DNA of 64,000 nucleotides, taken from an uncultured Candidatus Rokubacteria bacterium. Lineage in GTDB: Bacteria; Methylomirabilota; Methylomirabilia; Rokubacteriales; CSP1-6. Below the pieces are notes generated by a model. That model did no database searches. It was not told where the DNA came from and saw nothing but the letters and a program-made list of their open reading frames with translations. Of this stretch, positions 11,098-21,920 are shown piece by piece. How positions within the stretch are numbered: the stretch's first letter is position 1; every line of letters starts with the position of its first letter. Made by a program: the position numbers and the translations under genes. The DNA lies in assembly GCA_963747235.1 (NCBI GenBank), contig CAVVEU010000008.1, positions 384,001 to 448,000 of the forward strand, written 5' to 3'.

Positions 11098-12060
11098 CCG
11101 ACCTCGTCCGCCGGATGCTCGACGGCGACCGTCTGGCGCTGGCACGCCTCATCACCCGGGTCGAGAACCGGCTGCCCGACGTGCCGGAGATCATGCGGGC
11201 GGTCCACGACCGCACCGGCCGCGCGTACGTGCTCGGCATCACCGGGCCCCCCGGCGCCGGCAAGTCCACGCTGGTGGACCGCGTGACGAGCCTGCTGCGC
11301 GCCGAGAAGCTCCCGGTCGGCGTGATCGCGGTCGATCCCTCGAGCCCCTTCACGGGCGGCGCGGTGCTCGGCGACCGCATCCGCATGCAGGCCCACACGC
11401 TCGACCCGGACGTGTTCATCCGCAGCATGGCCACGCGCGGGCAGCCTGGGCGGGCTGGCCCGGGCCACCGGCGACGTCATCAAGCTCATGGACGCCTTCG
11501 GCTTCCCGTGGATCATCATCGAGACGGTCGGGGTCGGGCAGACCGAGCTCGACATCATCCGCCAGGCCGACACCACCGTGGTGGCGCTGGTGCCGGAGTC
11601 GGGCGACTCGATCCAGGCCATGAAGGCGGGGCTCATGGAAGTGGCCGACATCTTCGTGGTCAACAAGGCCGACCGCGACGGCGCCCACGCCCTGATGGCC
11701 GAGCTGCGCTTCAGCGTGCATCTCCACTACACGAGCGGCGCCGGGCCGAAGGACGTGGACTGGGAGGTGCCGGTGCTGGCCACCCAGGCCGCCAACGACG
11801 TGGGGATCGACGCGCTGCTCGCCGACGTGCGGAAGCACCGGAGCGCGCTGGAGCAGGCGGGCGCGCTCGAGAAGCGGCGCCAGGCGCGCCGGCGCGCCGA
11901 GCTGGAAGCGCTGCTGGTCGAGGAGCTCACCGCCCAGGTCACCGCGCGGGTGCAGGCCGACCCCGCGCTTGCGCGCACGCTCGACGCGGTGACCACCGGC
12001 GCGCTCGATTCCTACTCGGCGGTGGCCCAGATCCTCGCCCAGACCCTCACGCGGCCTTGA
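11094..12060 (+). CDS. meaB: Methylmalonyl-CoA mutase-associated GTPase MeaB/ArgK
   Basis: GITGPPGAGKST, VDPSSPFTGGAVLGDRIRM, ETVGVGQ, VVNKAD; frameshift near 11440. Confidence 0.93.
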
Positions 12061-12106
12061 CACCCCTGCGAGCCCACTCCACTATGCTGTCCATGAGGCG
12101 CCCCTG

Positions 12107-14104
12107 ATGCTGCCTTCGCACACCTGGTACGGCGTCATCCCCGGTTGGCTCATCTTCTACGCGATGATCGCGGTGGCCGGCGCGCTCTTCACGCGACGGG
12201 CCTGGTTCCTCCTGCGCCTGCTCCGGAAGGGCAAGGCGATGCCGCGCTGGGACCACGTCCCCACGCGCGTCGGGCGCGTGATCGTCTACGTCTTCGCCCA
12301 GGCCCGGCTGCTCGCCAACGACTTCTGGCCGGGGCTGATGCACGCGATCATCTTCTGGGGCTTCGTCGTCCTCACCCTCGGCACCGTCGAGTTCTTCGGC
12401 CGTGGGGTCACCGAGGCGTTCTTCCTGCCGCTCCTGTCCGAGACGCCGCACTACCTGATCCTCCAGGATCTGCTTCAGCAGCGCTGGTGATCCTCGCGGT
12501 GGGCTACGCGCTCTTCCGGCGGCTCGTCACGAAGCCGAAGCGGCTCAACTTCTCGACCGAGGCCCTGGTGATCCTGCTGCTGATCCTGGGCCTCATGGTG
12601 ACGGACCTGGTGGCGGACGCCGGCCCACATGCGGCTCGTCCCCGAGGCCCACAACCACTGGCAGTTCGCGGGGAGCGCCATCGCCGCGGGCGCTCGGCGG
12701 CCTCTCCGCCGACCGCGGTGCAGGTGGTCTTCCACCTGTCCTGGTGGGCGCACGCGGGCCTGCTCCTGGGCTTCCTGGTGCTGCTGCCCTACTCCAAGCA
12801 CCTGCACATCCTGGTCTCGCCGCTCAACGTCTTCTTCTCGCCGCTCGAGCCGAAGGGCCAGTCCCGCAGCATGGATCTCGAGAACTCGGAGACCTTCGGG
12901 GTCGGCAGCCTGACCGACCTGGCCTGGAAGGATCTCTTCGACACCTACAACTGCACCGAGTGCGGCCGCTGCACCTCGCGCTGCCCGGCCAACATGAGCG
13001 GCAAGGAGCTCGACCCGAAGTGGCTGATCCTGCACCTGCGCGAGCGCCTCTTCGAGGAGGCCCCGGCGCTGCTCGGCCAGCCGGGCGCGCAAGGCGCCCG
13101 AGAAGACCCTGGTCGGCGACACCATCCACGACAACGTGCTCTGGGCCTGCACCACCTGCCGCTGGTGCGTGGACGCGTGCCCGGTCTTCATCGAGCACGT
13201 GCCGAAGATCGTGGACATGCGCCGCTGGCTGGTGCTCACCGAGTCGCGCTTCCCGGCCGAGCTGCAGCCCGCGTTCCGCAATCTCGAGACCAACGGCAAC
13301 CCGTGGCAGATGTCGTGGCAGACCCGCGCCGACTGGGCGCAGGACCTGGGCGTGAAGCAGATGGCGGAGGTCCGGGAGGCCGAGTACCTCTACTGGGTCG
13401 GCTGCTACGGCTCCTTCGACGAGCGCAACAAGAAGGTGGCGCGCGCGCTGGTGCGGGTGCTGCAGGCGGCGGGCGTGGACTTCGCGATCCTCGGCAACGA
13501 GGAGAAGTGCACCGGCGAGCCGGCCCGGCGCCTCGGCCACGAGTACCTCTACCAGACCCTGGCCCAGGGCAATATCGAGACGCTCAAGCAGTACAAGTTC
13601 CAGACCATCGTGACCGCGTGCCCGCACTGCTTCAACACCATCCGCAACGAGTACCCGCAGTTCGACGGCCACTTCCGGGTGATCCACCACACCCAGCTCC
13701 TGGACGACCTCATCAAGTCCGGACGGCTGCAGCCCGCGCAGCGCGACGGCGAGCGGATCACGTACCACGACGCGTGCAATCTCGGCCGCTACAACGACAT
13801 CTACGACGAGCCGCGGCGCGTGCTGGCCGGCGTGACGCGCGGCGAGCTGGTCGAGATGAAGCTCAACCGCTCGCAGGGCTTCTGCTGCGGCGGCGGGGGC
13901 GGGCGCGCGTGGCTGGAGGAGCACGAGGGGCGCCGGGTGAACCAGCTCCGGGTGGAGCAGGCGATGGAGGTGAAGCCCGACATCCTGGCCTCCGCCTGCC
14001 CGTTCTGCCTGACCATGTTCGAGGACGGGGTGAAGGCGAAGGAAGTCGGCGACAAGATCAAGACGCGCGACATCGTCGAGCTGCTCGCCGAACGCCTGGA
14101 GTAG
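12107..14104 (+). CDS. Membrane Fe-S oxidoreductase, FadF/HdrD-like (TM cytochrome b-like + 2x4Fe-4S + 2xCCG)
   Basis: LPYSKHLHI, CTECGRCTSRCPA, CTTCRWCVDACP, TACPHC, YHDAC, CCGGGGG, ACPFC; several indels. Confidence 0.9.
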
Positions 14105-14119
14105 CGCGGGGCCGGGATC

Positions 14120-14508
14120 GTGAAGGACTTGCTCCTCGCCCTGCCGCGGCTCGGCCGCATGCTGATCTCGCTGGCCGCGGATCGCGAGGTGCCGACCGCG
14201 GCCAAGGTCGTGCTCGCCGCGCTGGCGGTCTACCTGGTGAGCCCGATCGACCTGATCCCGGATTTCATCCCGTGGCTGGGCTATCTCGACGACGTGATCC
14301 TGGCCGCGGTGGTGGTGGACGGCGTGCTGAACTTCGTGGATCGCCCGCTGCTGCTCCGCTACTGGCCGGGCTCGCCCGCCTCCCTCGAGCGCACCGCCGC
14401 GGTCGCCCGCCGCCTGGCCCGCTGGGTCCCCAGCCGCATCAAGGCGCGCATCTTCGGCTCTTCCCCCTCTCCCCTCGGGGGAGAGGGCAGGGTGAGGGGT
14501 CCCGATGA
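14120..14508 (+). CDS. YkvA/DUF1232 membrane protein (end approximate)
   Basis: YLVSPIDLIPDFIPWLGYLDD motif. Confidence 0.85.
14464..14496 (-). repeat. REP-like palindromic repeat, copy 2
   Basis: CCCCTCTCCCCTCGGGGGAGAGGGCAGGGTGAG; reverse complement matches 8008-8039. Confidence 0.85.
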
Positions 14509-16313
14509 ACCCGCTCTATCACGACGCCATCGAGCGCCGCCTCGCGGTGCCGCTGCACGAAGGCCCCGACAAGACCACCACGCTCGCCGAGGCGATCCGC
14601 CGCCACGTCCACGCCGGGCGACACGGTCTATCTCGGCTCCGCCCACGGCCGGCCGAACCCGGCTGGTGCGCGAGCTGGCGCGCCAGTGGTGGGGCAAGAC
14701 GCCCGGCCTTCACGCTCGCGGCCGTCGGCATCGGCTCGCCCTGGACCGCGCTGATCCACGGCGGCCTGGTGCGCCGGGTCATCACGACGTTCATGGGCGA
14801 GGGCTACCCGTTCCCGACGCCGCAGGCGCTGATCTCGCAGCGCGGTCCTGGACGGCCGGCTCGAGGTCTCGAACTGGTCCATGCTGACCTTCCCGCTGCG
14901 CCTCCTGGCGGGGCGATGGGCGTGCCGTTCCTGCCCGACGCGCTCGCTGCTGGGCTCCACGCATGGAGGAGGACAACGCGCGGAGCGGGGGACTTCATCG
15001 ACCGTCGACGATCCCGTTCGGCGGCCGAGGGCCGCGTGGGCTACGTGCGGGCGCTCGTGCCGGACGTGGCGCTGCTCCACGGCTGGGTCGCCGACCGGGC
15101 CGGCAACGTCATCATCGCCCCGCCGATGAACGAGAACATGTACGGCGCGATGGCCGCGCGCAGAACGGCGCGATCGTGACGGTGGAGACGATCGTGCTCG
15201 ACCGACTTCATCCGCCGCCACGCCAACCTGGTGCAGGCTGCCGTCGCAGTACGTGCGGGCGGTCGTCGGAGACGCCGCAGGGCAGCCACCCGGGCGGCAT
15301 GTACGGCATGAACGTGCCGGAGCTCGAGGGCTACGCGGAGGACATCGACTGGATCCTCGAGTGCCGCCGCGCCTTCAGCAAGCCGGAGACGGCGGACGCG
15401 TGGATCAAGGAGTGGATGCTCGATCGTCCCGACGCACGCGGCCTACCTGGCCAAGCTCGGCTACGCGACGCATCATGGAGACCAAGGGGCAGGGCCGACA
15501 CCGACGCCTGGGTCTCCGAGCTCGAGGCGCTCTCGTCCGGGCTGCCCGCGGCAGCGCGCACCGCCATCGCCGTCCGAGTGGATGGTGGTCGCGGCCGCGC
15601 GGATGCTCGACGAGAAGGTGCGGGCGCGCGGCTACAAGACCTTCCTGGCCGGCGTCGGCAACTCCAACCTGGCCGCCTGGCTGGCCGGCTATCAGCTCAA
15701 GCAGGCGGGCGTGGACGTCGAGCTGATGGCCGAGACCGGCATGGTCGGCTACCTGCCGCGCCCCGCCGAGCCCTTCGTGTTCTCGTTCCGCAACTTCCCG
15801 TCGTGCAAGATGCTGACCGACATCCTCCACGTCATGGGCATCTTCATGGGCGGGCCGCCACAACGCAGTGCCTGGGCTCGCTCGCGGCGGGGCAGATCGA
15901 CAAGCACGGCAACATCAACTCGACGATCATCCCCGGCGTCACCTACGTCACCGGCTCGGGCGGCGCCAACGACATCACCTCTTCCGCGCGGGAGGTGGTG
16001 GTGTGCCTCGAGCAGTCGCCGCAGTCGCTTCGTGGACAAGGTGCCGTACATCACCGCGCCGGGCCGGACCGTGCGCACCGTGGTGTCGGACCGCGGCGTC
16101 TACGAGAAGGCGGGCGAGCACGGCGAGCTGCAGGCTGACCGGCCTCTTCGGCGACGCGCCGGAAGCCAGACCTGGTGCGACGCGGCGCGCGAGGCCTGCG
16201 GCTGGGATCTCGCAGGTCGCGCCCGGCGCTGCAGCCGCTTCGAGGCGCCGACGGCCGACGAGCTGGCCCTGATCCGGCTCTTCGACCCGCGCCGCTACTT
16301 CCTGGGCCAGTAG
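14505..16313 (+). CDS. Fused alpha/beta CoA-transferase (glutaconate/3-oxoadipate CoA-transferase-like), heavily frameshifted
   Basis: DKTTTLAEAIRRHV, ALVPDVALLHGWVADRAGNV, GQIDKHGNINST, GSGGANDI, FVDKVPYITAPG. Confidence 0.8.
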
Positions 16314-16323
16314 GCCCCGCCGC

Positions 16324-17598
16324 ATGGATTCGACGCCATCGCTGCGTCGAGTGCTCGGGCTGACGGAGGTCACGGCCGGGGGAATCGGGATCATCATCGG
16401 CGCCGGCATCTACGTCTTGCTGGGCGCCGCCACCGGGCACGCGGGAGCCATCGTGTGGCTCGCGTTCCTCCTCGCCGCGGTGATGAGCGCATTGAGCGGC
16501 CTGAGCTATGCCGAGCTGAGCGCGATGTTTCCCAGCGCAGCCGGGGAATACGAGTACGCGCGTCAGGCAATGCCGGAGTGGGTCGCGTTCGTCATCGGCT
16601 GGATGATGATCGCGGGCCTCGTGGTGGCGGCGGCGACCGTATCGATCGGCTTCGCCCGCTACGTCGGCTACTTTCTCGACATCGACCCTCGCGCGGCGGC
16701 GGTGGCCCTCGTGGCCGCGGTGTCCCTCGTGGCGATGGCGGGGGTCAAGCAATCGGCCCGGCTCACGGTCGCGCTGAGCGCGGTCCAGGTCGGGGGGCTC
16801 CTGCTCGTCGTGGCGATCGGTCTGCCGCACGTGGGAGACGTCGATCTGCTCGCGGGGCGCGGCCCGGGCGGAGTGATGGGGGCCGCGGCGCTCGTGTTCT
16901 TTGCCTTCATCGGGTTCGACGAGGTCATCACGCTGGCGGAAGAGACGCGCGATCCGACCCGGACCGTCCCTCGCGCGCTGCTGCTGGCGCTCGGGTTGTC
17001 GACCGCACTCTACATCGCGGTGGCGGTGGCCGCCGTGAGCGTGCTCGGCGCCGAGGCGCTGGCCGCGTCCCCGCGCCCGCTCGCCGACGTCATGGCGCAT
17101 GTCCTCGGTGCGCGCGGGGCGGCCGTCGTGGCCGCGATCGCGATCGTCACCACGACGAACACCACGCTGCTGGCCGTCACCGCGGCGTCGCGAATCATGT
17201 ACGGGATGGCGAAGAAAGGGGCGATGCCGCCAGTGTTTGCCGTCATCCACCGGCGGCGAGGCACACCGGTTCGCGCGACGATCGTGGTGGCCTCGGCGGG
17301 CGCCGTGTTTGCCATCTTCGGAGACTTTGCGGTCATCGCCGCCGCAACCGATTTTGCCGTCTATGTCGTCTTTCTCGCGGTGAACACGACCGTCATCATC
17401 CTGCGGCGAAGGCGTCCGGATCTGCCGCGCCCGTTCATGGTCACGTGGGATGTGGGTGGCGTGCCCGTATTGCCGGTCCTCGGGGTCGCGTCGGTGGTGG
17501 TCATGATGACGCAGCTGGATCCGGTCGCGATCGGGCTCGGCGTGGCGCTATCCGTGCTGGGGCTGGCGGCGGGATGGCTCGTGCGGATCGCGCGATGA
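16324..17598 (+). CDS. APC-family amino acid permease
   Basis: GIIIGAGIY, SYAELSAMFP, FFAFIGFD, LPRPF; about 12 TM segments. Confidence 0.92.
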   Translation: MDSTPSLRRVLGLTEVTAGGIGIIIGAGIYVLLGAATGHAGAIVWLAFLLAAVMSALSGLSYAELSAMFPSAAGEYEYARQAMPEWVAFVIGWMMIAGLVVAAATVSIGFARYVGYFLDIDPRAAAVALVAAVSLVAMAGVKQSARLTVALSAVQVGGLLLVVAIGLPHVGDVDLLAGRGPGGVMGAAALVFFAFIGFDEVITLAEETRDPTRTVPRALLLALGLSTALYIAVAVAAVSVLGAEALAASPRPLADVMAHVLGARGAAVVAAIAIVTTTNTTLLAVTAASRIMYGMAKKGAMPPVFAVIHRRRGTPVRATIVVASAGAVFAIFGDFAVIAAATDFAVYVVFLAVNTTVIILRRRRPDLPRPFMVTWDVGGVPVLPVLGVASVVVMMTQLDPVAIGLGVALSVLGLAAGWLVRIAR

Positions 17599-18161
17599 TG
17601 GCGCTCCTGAGCTCGTTCGTGGTGGTCGCACTGGCCGAGATGGGCGACAAGACTCAGCTCATCGCGTTGACGCTGGGGCTTCGGTACCGGCGGCCGTGGA
17701 TCGTCATGACCGGGATCCTGATCGCGACGGTCTTCAACCACGCGCTGGCGTCCTGGGTCGGAGTGTGGGGAGCGAGGTGGCTCGACGAGCGGGTGCTCGG
17801 GCTGGCGCTCGGTCTGAGCTTCGTGGCATTCGGGTTCTGGACCCTCGTGCCGGATCGTGCCGAGGCGGCCAGCGAAGGCCGCCGGTGGGGCCCCTTGCTG
17901 ACCACGACGCTGGTGTTCTTCTTCGCTGAGATGGGAGACAAGACGCAGCTGGCGACCGTGGCCCTCGGCGCACGCTTCGGATCCCCGACGCTCGTCACGG
18001 CGGGCACGACGGCCGGGATGCTGGCCGCTGACGCGGTGGCCGTCTTTGCCGGGGCGCACTTCGCGGACCGGGTTCCGATGGGGCTCTTTCGCCGTCTGGC
18101 GGCCGCGCTCTTCTTCCTGTTTGGGATCGTCTCCCTCGCCTCAGCCGTCGGATGGCTGTGA
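17595..18161 (+). CDS. TMEM165/GDT1 (UPF0016) Mn2+/Ca2+ transporter
   Basis: Two AEMGDKTQL repeats. Confidence 0.93.
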   Translation: MMALLSSFVVVALAEMGDKTQLIALTLGLRYRRPWIVMTGILIATVFNHALASWVGVWGARWLDERVLGLALGLSFVAFGFWTLVPDRAEAASEGRRWGPLLTTTLVFFFAEMGDKTQLATVALGARFGSPTLVTAGTTAGMLAADAVAVFAGAHFADRVPMGLFRRLAAALFFLFGIVSLASAVGWL

Positions 18162-18286
18162 TGCGTATCGCGCGTGACGCGGGTATGCTAGCCGCGATGT
18201 CCAGTCACCGACCGTCCCCTACGTGTCACTGGCGCCACCTACAACCCCGCCCACCACGGCGGCCGCTTCGCCACGCCGAGCTGAGC

Positions 18287-19763
18287 ATGGGGGCACGATC
18301 GGGCGAGCAGTTCCTGCAGGGGCTGCGCAGCACCAAGCGGCAGCTCTGGCTCGAGGGGGAGCGCGTGGACGACGTGACCACGCACCCGGCGCTCGCGGGC
18401 GCGGCGCAGACGCTGGCCGGCGTGTTCGACCGGCTCCACGCGTTTCCCGACGAGTGCCTGATCCCGGACCCGGAGACGGGCGAGCCGCTCAACGTCGGGC
18501 ACATGATCCCGCGCTCGGTCGACGATCTGAAGCATCGCAACCGGGGCCTCGCGCGCATCGCCGAGGCCACCGTCGGCCTCATGGGGCGCACCCCCGACTA
18601 CATGAACGTGAAGTTCGCGAGCTTCGCCGGGCGCTGGAAGGACTGGCTCGGCGCGGACGGCCGGAACGAGGAAGGGGCCCACAACCTCGTGGCGTTCCAG
18701 AAGCGGCTCGCCCGGGACGACATCTCGCTCACCCACACGATCATCCACCCGACCATCGACAAGTCGACCGATTCCCAGATCGTGGGGAACCGGGTGCCCG
18801 TGCACAAGGTCGGCGAGACGCGGGCGGGAGTCGTCGTGCGCGGCGCCCGCATCCTGGCGACGCTGGCGCCGTTCGCCGACGAGATCGCGGTATACCCGGC
18901 GCATCCGCTGCCGTCCGGGGCCGAGGCCTACGCGCTGGCCTTCTCGATCCCGGTGGACACCCCGGGGCTCCTCTTCCTGTGCCGCGACAGCGCGGCCGCG
19001 CCCGGCGCGCACGTGTTCGATCGGCCGCTGTCGACCCGCTTCGACGAGCAGGACGCCTTCGTGATCTTCGACGACGTCGAGATCCCGCGCGAGCGACTGT
19101 TCCTCGACGGCCGACATCGACCTCTACAACACCGTCACCACGACCGGCCTGCGCGACAACATGACGAACCAGACCAGCATCCGCGCGCTCACCAAGCTCG
19201 AGTTCGCCTACGGGCTCGCCAGCCGCATGGCCGAGGCGATCGGCGACTCGAGCCCGACGACGCAGGAGATGCTGGGCGAGCTGCTCGACTACGTCGAGGT
19301 CACCCGCAGCGCGGTCCTCCTCTCGGCCGAGCACGGGCGGGACGTGGGCGAGGGGGTGTGGTTCCCCGACGGCCGGCCCCTCGCGCCCATGCGGTCGCTC
19401 CTGGCGACGTGGTTCCCGCGGGTGAACGAGATCATCATGCTCATCGGCAGCCACAATCTCCTGGCCGCGCCGAGCCGCCGGCTGTTCGACGACGGCAGGC
19501 TTCGTCCGCTCATCGACGAGTTCCTGCACGGCGCGAAGGGCGTCGACGCCGAGGAGCGGGCGGCGCTGTTCCGGCTCGCCTGGGATTTCGTCGGCTCGAG
19601 CCTCGCGGGCCGGAACGTTCTCTACGAGCGCTTCTACCTCACCTCGGCGGCGCGCAACCGCATCAACCACCACCTGCGGAACGTCGACCGGACCCGCGCC
19701 TATGGGCTTGTCGACGGCATCCTGGCGGCCGGACGCAGGGCGGGGGGCGTCAGCGAGACGTAG
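18287..19763 (+). CDS. 4-hydroxyphenylacetate 3-monooxygenase oxygenase component-like (HpaB family)
   Basis: VDDVTTHPA, MGRTPDYMN, VVRGARILATLAP, DRPLSTRFDEQDA, LYERFY; frameshift near 19112. Confidence 0.9.
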
Positions 19764-20940
19764 GATCCCGGCGCAGCTGCGCCAGGTACGCGGCCGCGCC
19801 GAGCAGCGGCACCGCGCCGGCCGCGACGAGCGCCCCGCCGAAGCCCCACGTCCCCGCGGCAAGGCCCAGTCCCCAAGGCCCCAGGAGCTGCGCCATGTCC
19901 GCCCCGAGCCCGAACGTGTTCATGGCGGCGCCGCGGCCCTCGGGAGGGGCCGCATCGCCGACGAGGGCCGGGAGGACCACGAAGGCCACGCCGAACAGCG
20001 CACCGTAACCGATCGCCAGGATGAAGAACGCGGGGAGGCCCGCGGCGACGCTCAAGCCGATCAATGTGGCCGCCACCCCGACCATTGCCGGCACGAGCAC
20101 GATGCGCCGGCCATAGCGGTCGGCCAGGCGCCCGGCAAGCAGCCGGCTGGCCACGGCGCCCATTTGCGACCCGAGAAAGAGGATCCCGGGATTGCCCACG
20201 CCGCGACCGATCGCCCACAGCGGCAGGAACGCGGAGAAGCCGGTGTTGGGCACCTGGGCGCAGAAGTTCAGGAACGCCGGCGTGAGCCCTTCCCGACGGA
20301 AGTTCGTCCGCAGTCCATAGGGATGCGCGCGTCCCAGGGGCCGAAACGGGCTGAGGGTCGCCCAGAAGCAGGCGCCGCTCAGCAGCGCCACCGAGACGGC
20401 GCCGATGGCGACCGCCGCCAGACGGTCGGGTGGGAGGGCGCCCTCGGGCAAGAAGCTCTGGTAGAGCCCGACCAGTATCGGAGGGCCGATGCCTACCCCC
20501 AGCGTGAGTCCCAGCGCCACGTACCCTTGCACCTCGCTGCCACGTCCGGGCGGAGCGACCTCGACCGAGAGGGTGTAGAACGCGGTGGTGCCGATGCTGA
20601 ACGCGGTGCCGGTGAGCACCCGGTTCGCCAGCACCGCCCAGCCGGTGGGGACGAGCAGCAGCGCGGCCGCGCAGGCAAGCAGGACGAGGGCGAGCACGAG
20701 GGGCACCCGCCGCCCGAAGGCGTCGAGGATCCACCCGCCGAAGGGGCGCACGCAGAGCTGGGCCACGCCGGTGGCCCCGAGCATGACGCCGATGCTGCGG
20801 GCGTCGTAGCCCTGGTCGTGCAGGAACAGGGGCAGCACGGCGAGGGCCCCGAAATGGCCGGCCGTCCACAGGAACAACCCGCTCATGAGGGCGAGCACGT
20901 TGCGCCTGAGGGTCGTCGCCGTGTCGCCCCGCACGGTCAC
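19750..20940 (-). CDS. MFS transporter
   Basis: GWILDAFGRR and GRLADRYGRR motif A copies; hydrophobic throughout. Confidence 0.88.
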   Translation of the reverse strand: MTVRGDTATTLRRNVLALMSGLFLWTAGHFGALAVLPLFLHDQGYDARSIGVMLGATGVAQLCVRPFGGWILDAFGRRVPLVLALVLLACAAALLLVPTGWAVLANRVLTGTAFSIGTTAFYTLSVEVAPPGRGSEVQGYVALGLTLGVGIGPPILVGLYQSFLPEGALPPDRLAAVAIGAVSVALLSGACFWATLSPFRPLGRAHPYGLRTNFRREGLTPAFLNFCAQVPNTGFSAFLPLWAIGRGVGNPGILFLGSQMGAVASRLLAGRLADRYGRRIVLVPAMVGVAATLIGLSVAAGLPAFFILAIGYGALFGVAFVVLPALVGDAAPPEGRGAAMNTFGLGADMAQLLGPWGLGLAAGTWGFGGALVAAGAVPLLGAAAYLAQLRRDPTSR

Positions 20941-21095
20941 GCCTCGGTGACGCGAGCCTTCACGGCGGAGACCAGCTCCGGCGTCACCGTGAGCGGAAGG
21001 ATCTCGTCCATCGTCTGCGCGCGGGCGACGAACTGGCAGGACGTGCCCGAGACATCGGCACAGTGCAGGACCTTCTCCATCTGGATCTCTTTCAT
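20937..21095 (-). CDS. Small DUF1059-like protein (shortened)
   Basis: SD GGAGGAG; MKEIQMEKVLHCADVSGTSCQFVARAQTMDEIL...TPELVSAVKARV resembles DUF1059 but lacks the HxxxxH segment. Confidence 0.6.
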   Translation of the reverse strand: MKEIQMEKVLHCADVSGTSCQFVARAQTMDEILPLTVTPELVSAVKARVTEA

Positions 21096-21181
21096 GGTCT
21101 CTCCTCCGGTTGCGGCCGCCATCGGCCGCGATGAGATGATCTGCGTGCGGCCAGGCTACGGCCCCGCCCTCGATCAGGTCG

Positions 21182-21196
21182 GTACGAAATCCGTAC
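21182..21196. promoter_or_regulatory. Palindromic operator, probably for the HxlR regulator
   Basis: GTACG-AAATC-CGTAC between the divergent DUF1059/MFS and hxlR genes. Confidence 0.55.
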
Positions 21197-21231
21197 TGCC
21201 CGGCGGGCGGACTCCGGAGTATCGTCGGAGC

Positions 21232-21920
21232 ATGAAACGCTACGGTCAGTTCTGCTCGATGGCGCGCGCGCTCGATCTGCTCGGGGAACGGTGGACGCTG
21301 CTCATCGTGCGCGAGCTGCTCTGCGGGAGCCGTCGCTTCGGGGAGATCCAGCGCGGGATCCCGCGCATCTCGCGCACCATGCTCGCGGCGCGCATGCGCG
21401 AGCTGGCCGACGCCCTCGTGATCGAGCGCCTCGACGGCGACGGCGGGCCCGAGTACCGGTTGACCGCCGCGGGGCTCGAGCTCGCCGCGGTCGTGCGCGA
21501 GCTGGGCACGTGGGGCCAGCGGTGGCTCCCTCGCGCGCTCCCGCCGAATGAGCTGGACGCGCACGCGCTCATGTGGGATATCCACCGCCGGGTGCGCCGG
21601 GACGCCCTCCCGGAGAAGCCCCTCGTGGTCCGCATCGAGCTCACCGACGTGCGGGGCGCCGCGGCTCGCCACTATCTCCTGCTCCGGCGCAGCGAGGTGT
21701 CGCTCTGCACCGTCAACCCCGGCTTCCCGGAGGAGCTGTGCCTCCACGCCAGCCGCCGAACCCTGATCGGGTGGTGGCGGGGGGACCTGACCTTCCGACA
21801 GGCGGTCGACGCCGGCCTGGTCCTCGAGGGACGGCGTGAGTGGGTGCGCGCGTTTCCGGGCTGGTTCGAGCGCTACCTGTTCGCGGAGGTCGCCCCCGCC
21901 TCCCGCGCGCGCGCCGCTAG
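21232..21920 (+). CDS. HxlR-family winged-helix regulator with SCP2-like C-terminal domain
   Basis: YGQFCSMARALDLLGERWTLLIVREL...EYRLTAAG; open frame runs to 22074, biological end likely near the CTAG at 21917-21920. Confidence 0.88.

Noticed and set aside
17580-17600. yybP-ykoY riboswitch before the GDT1 gene
   Set aside because: The gene overlaps the upstream CDS; there is no leader.
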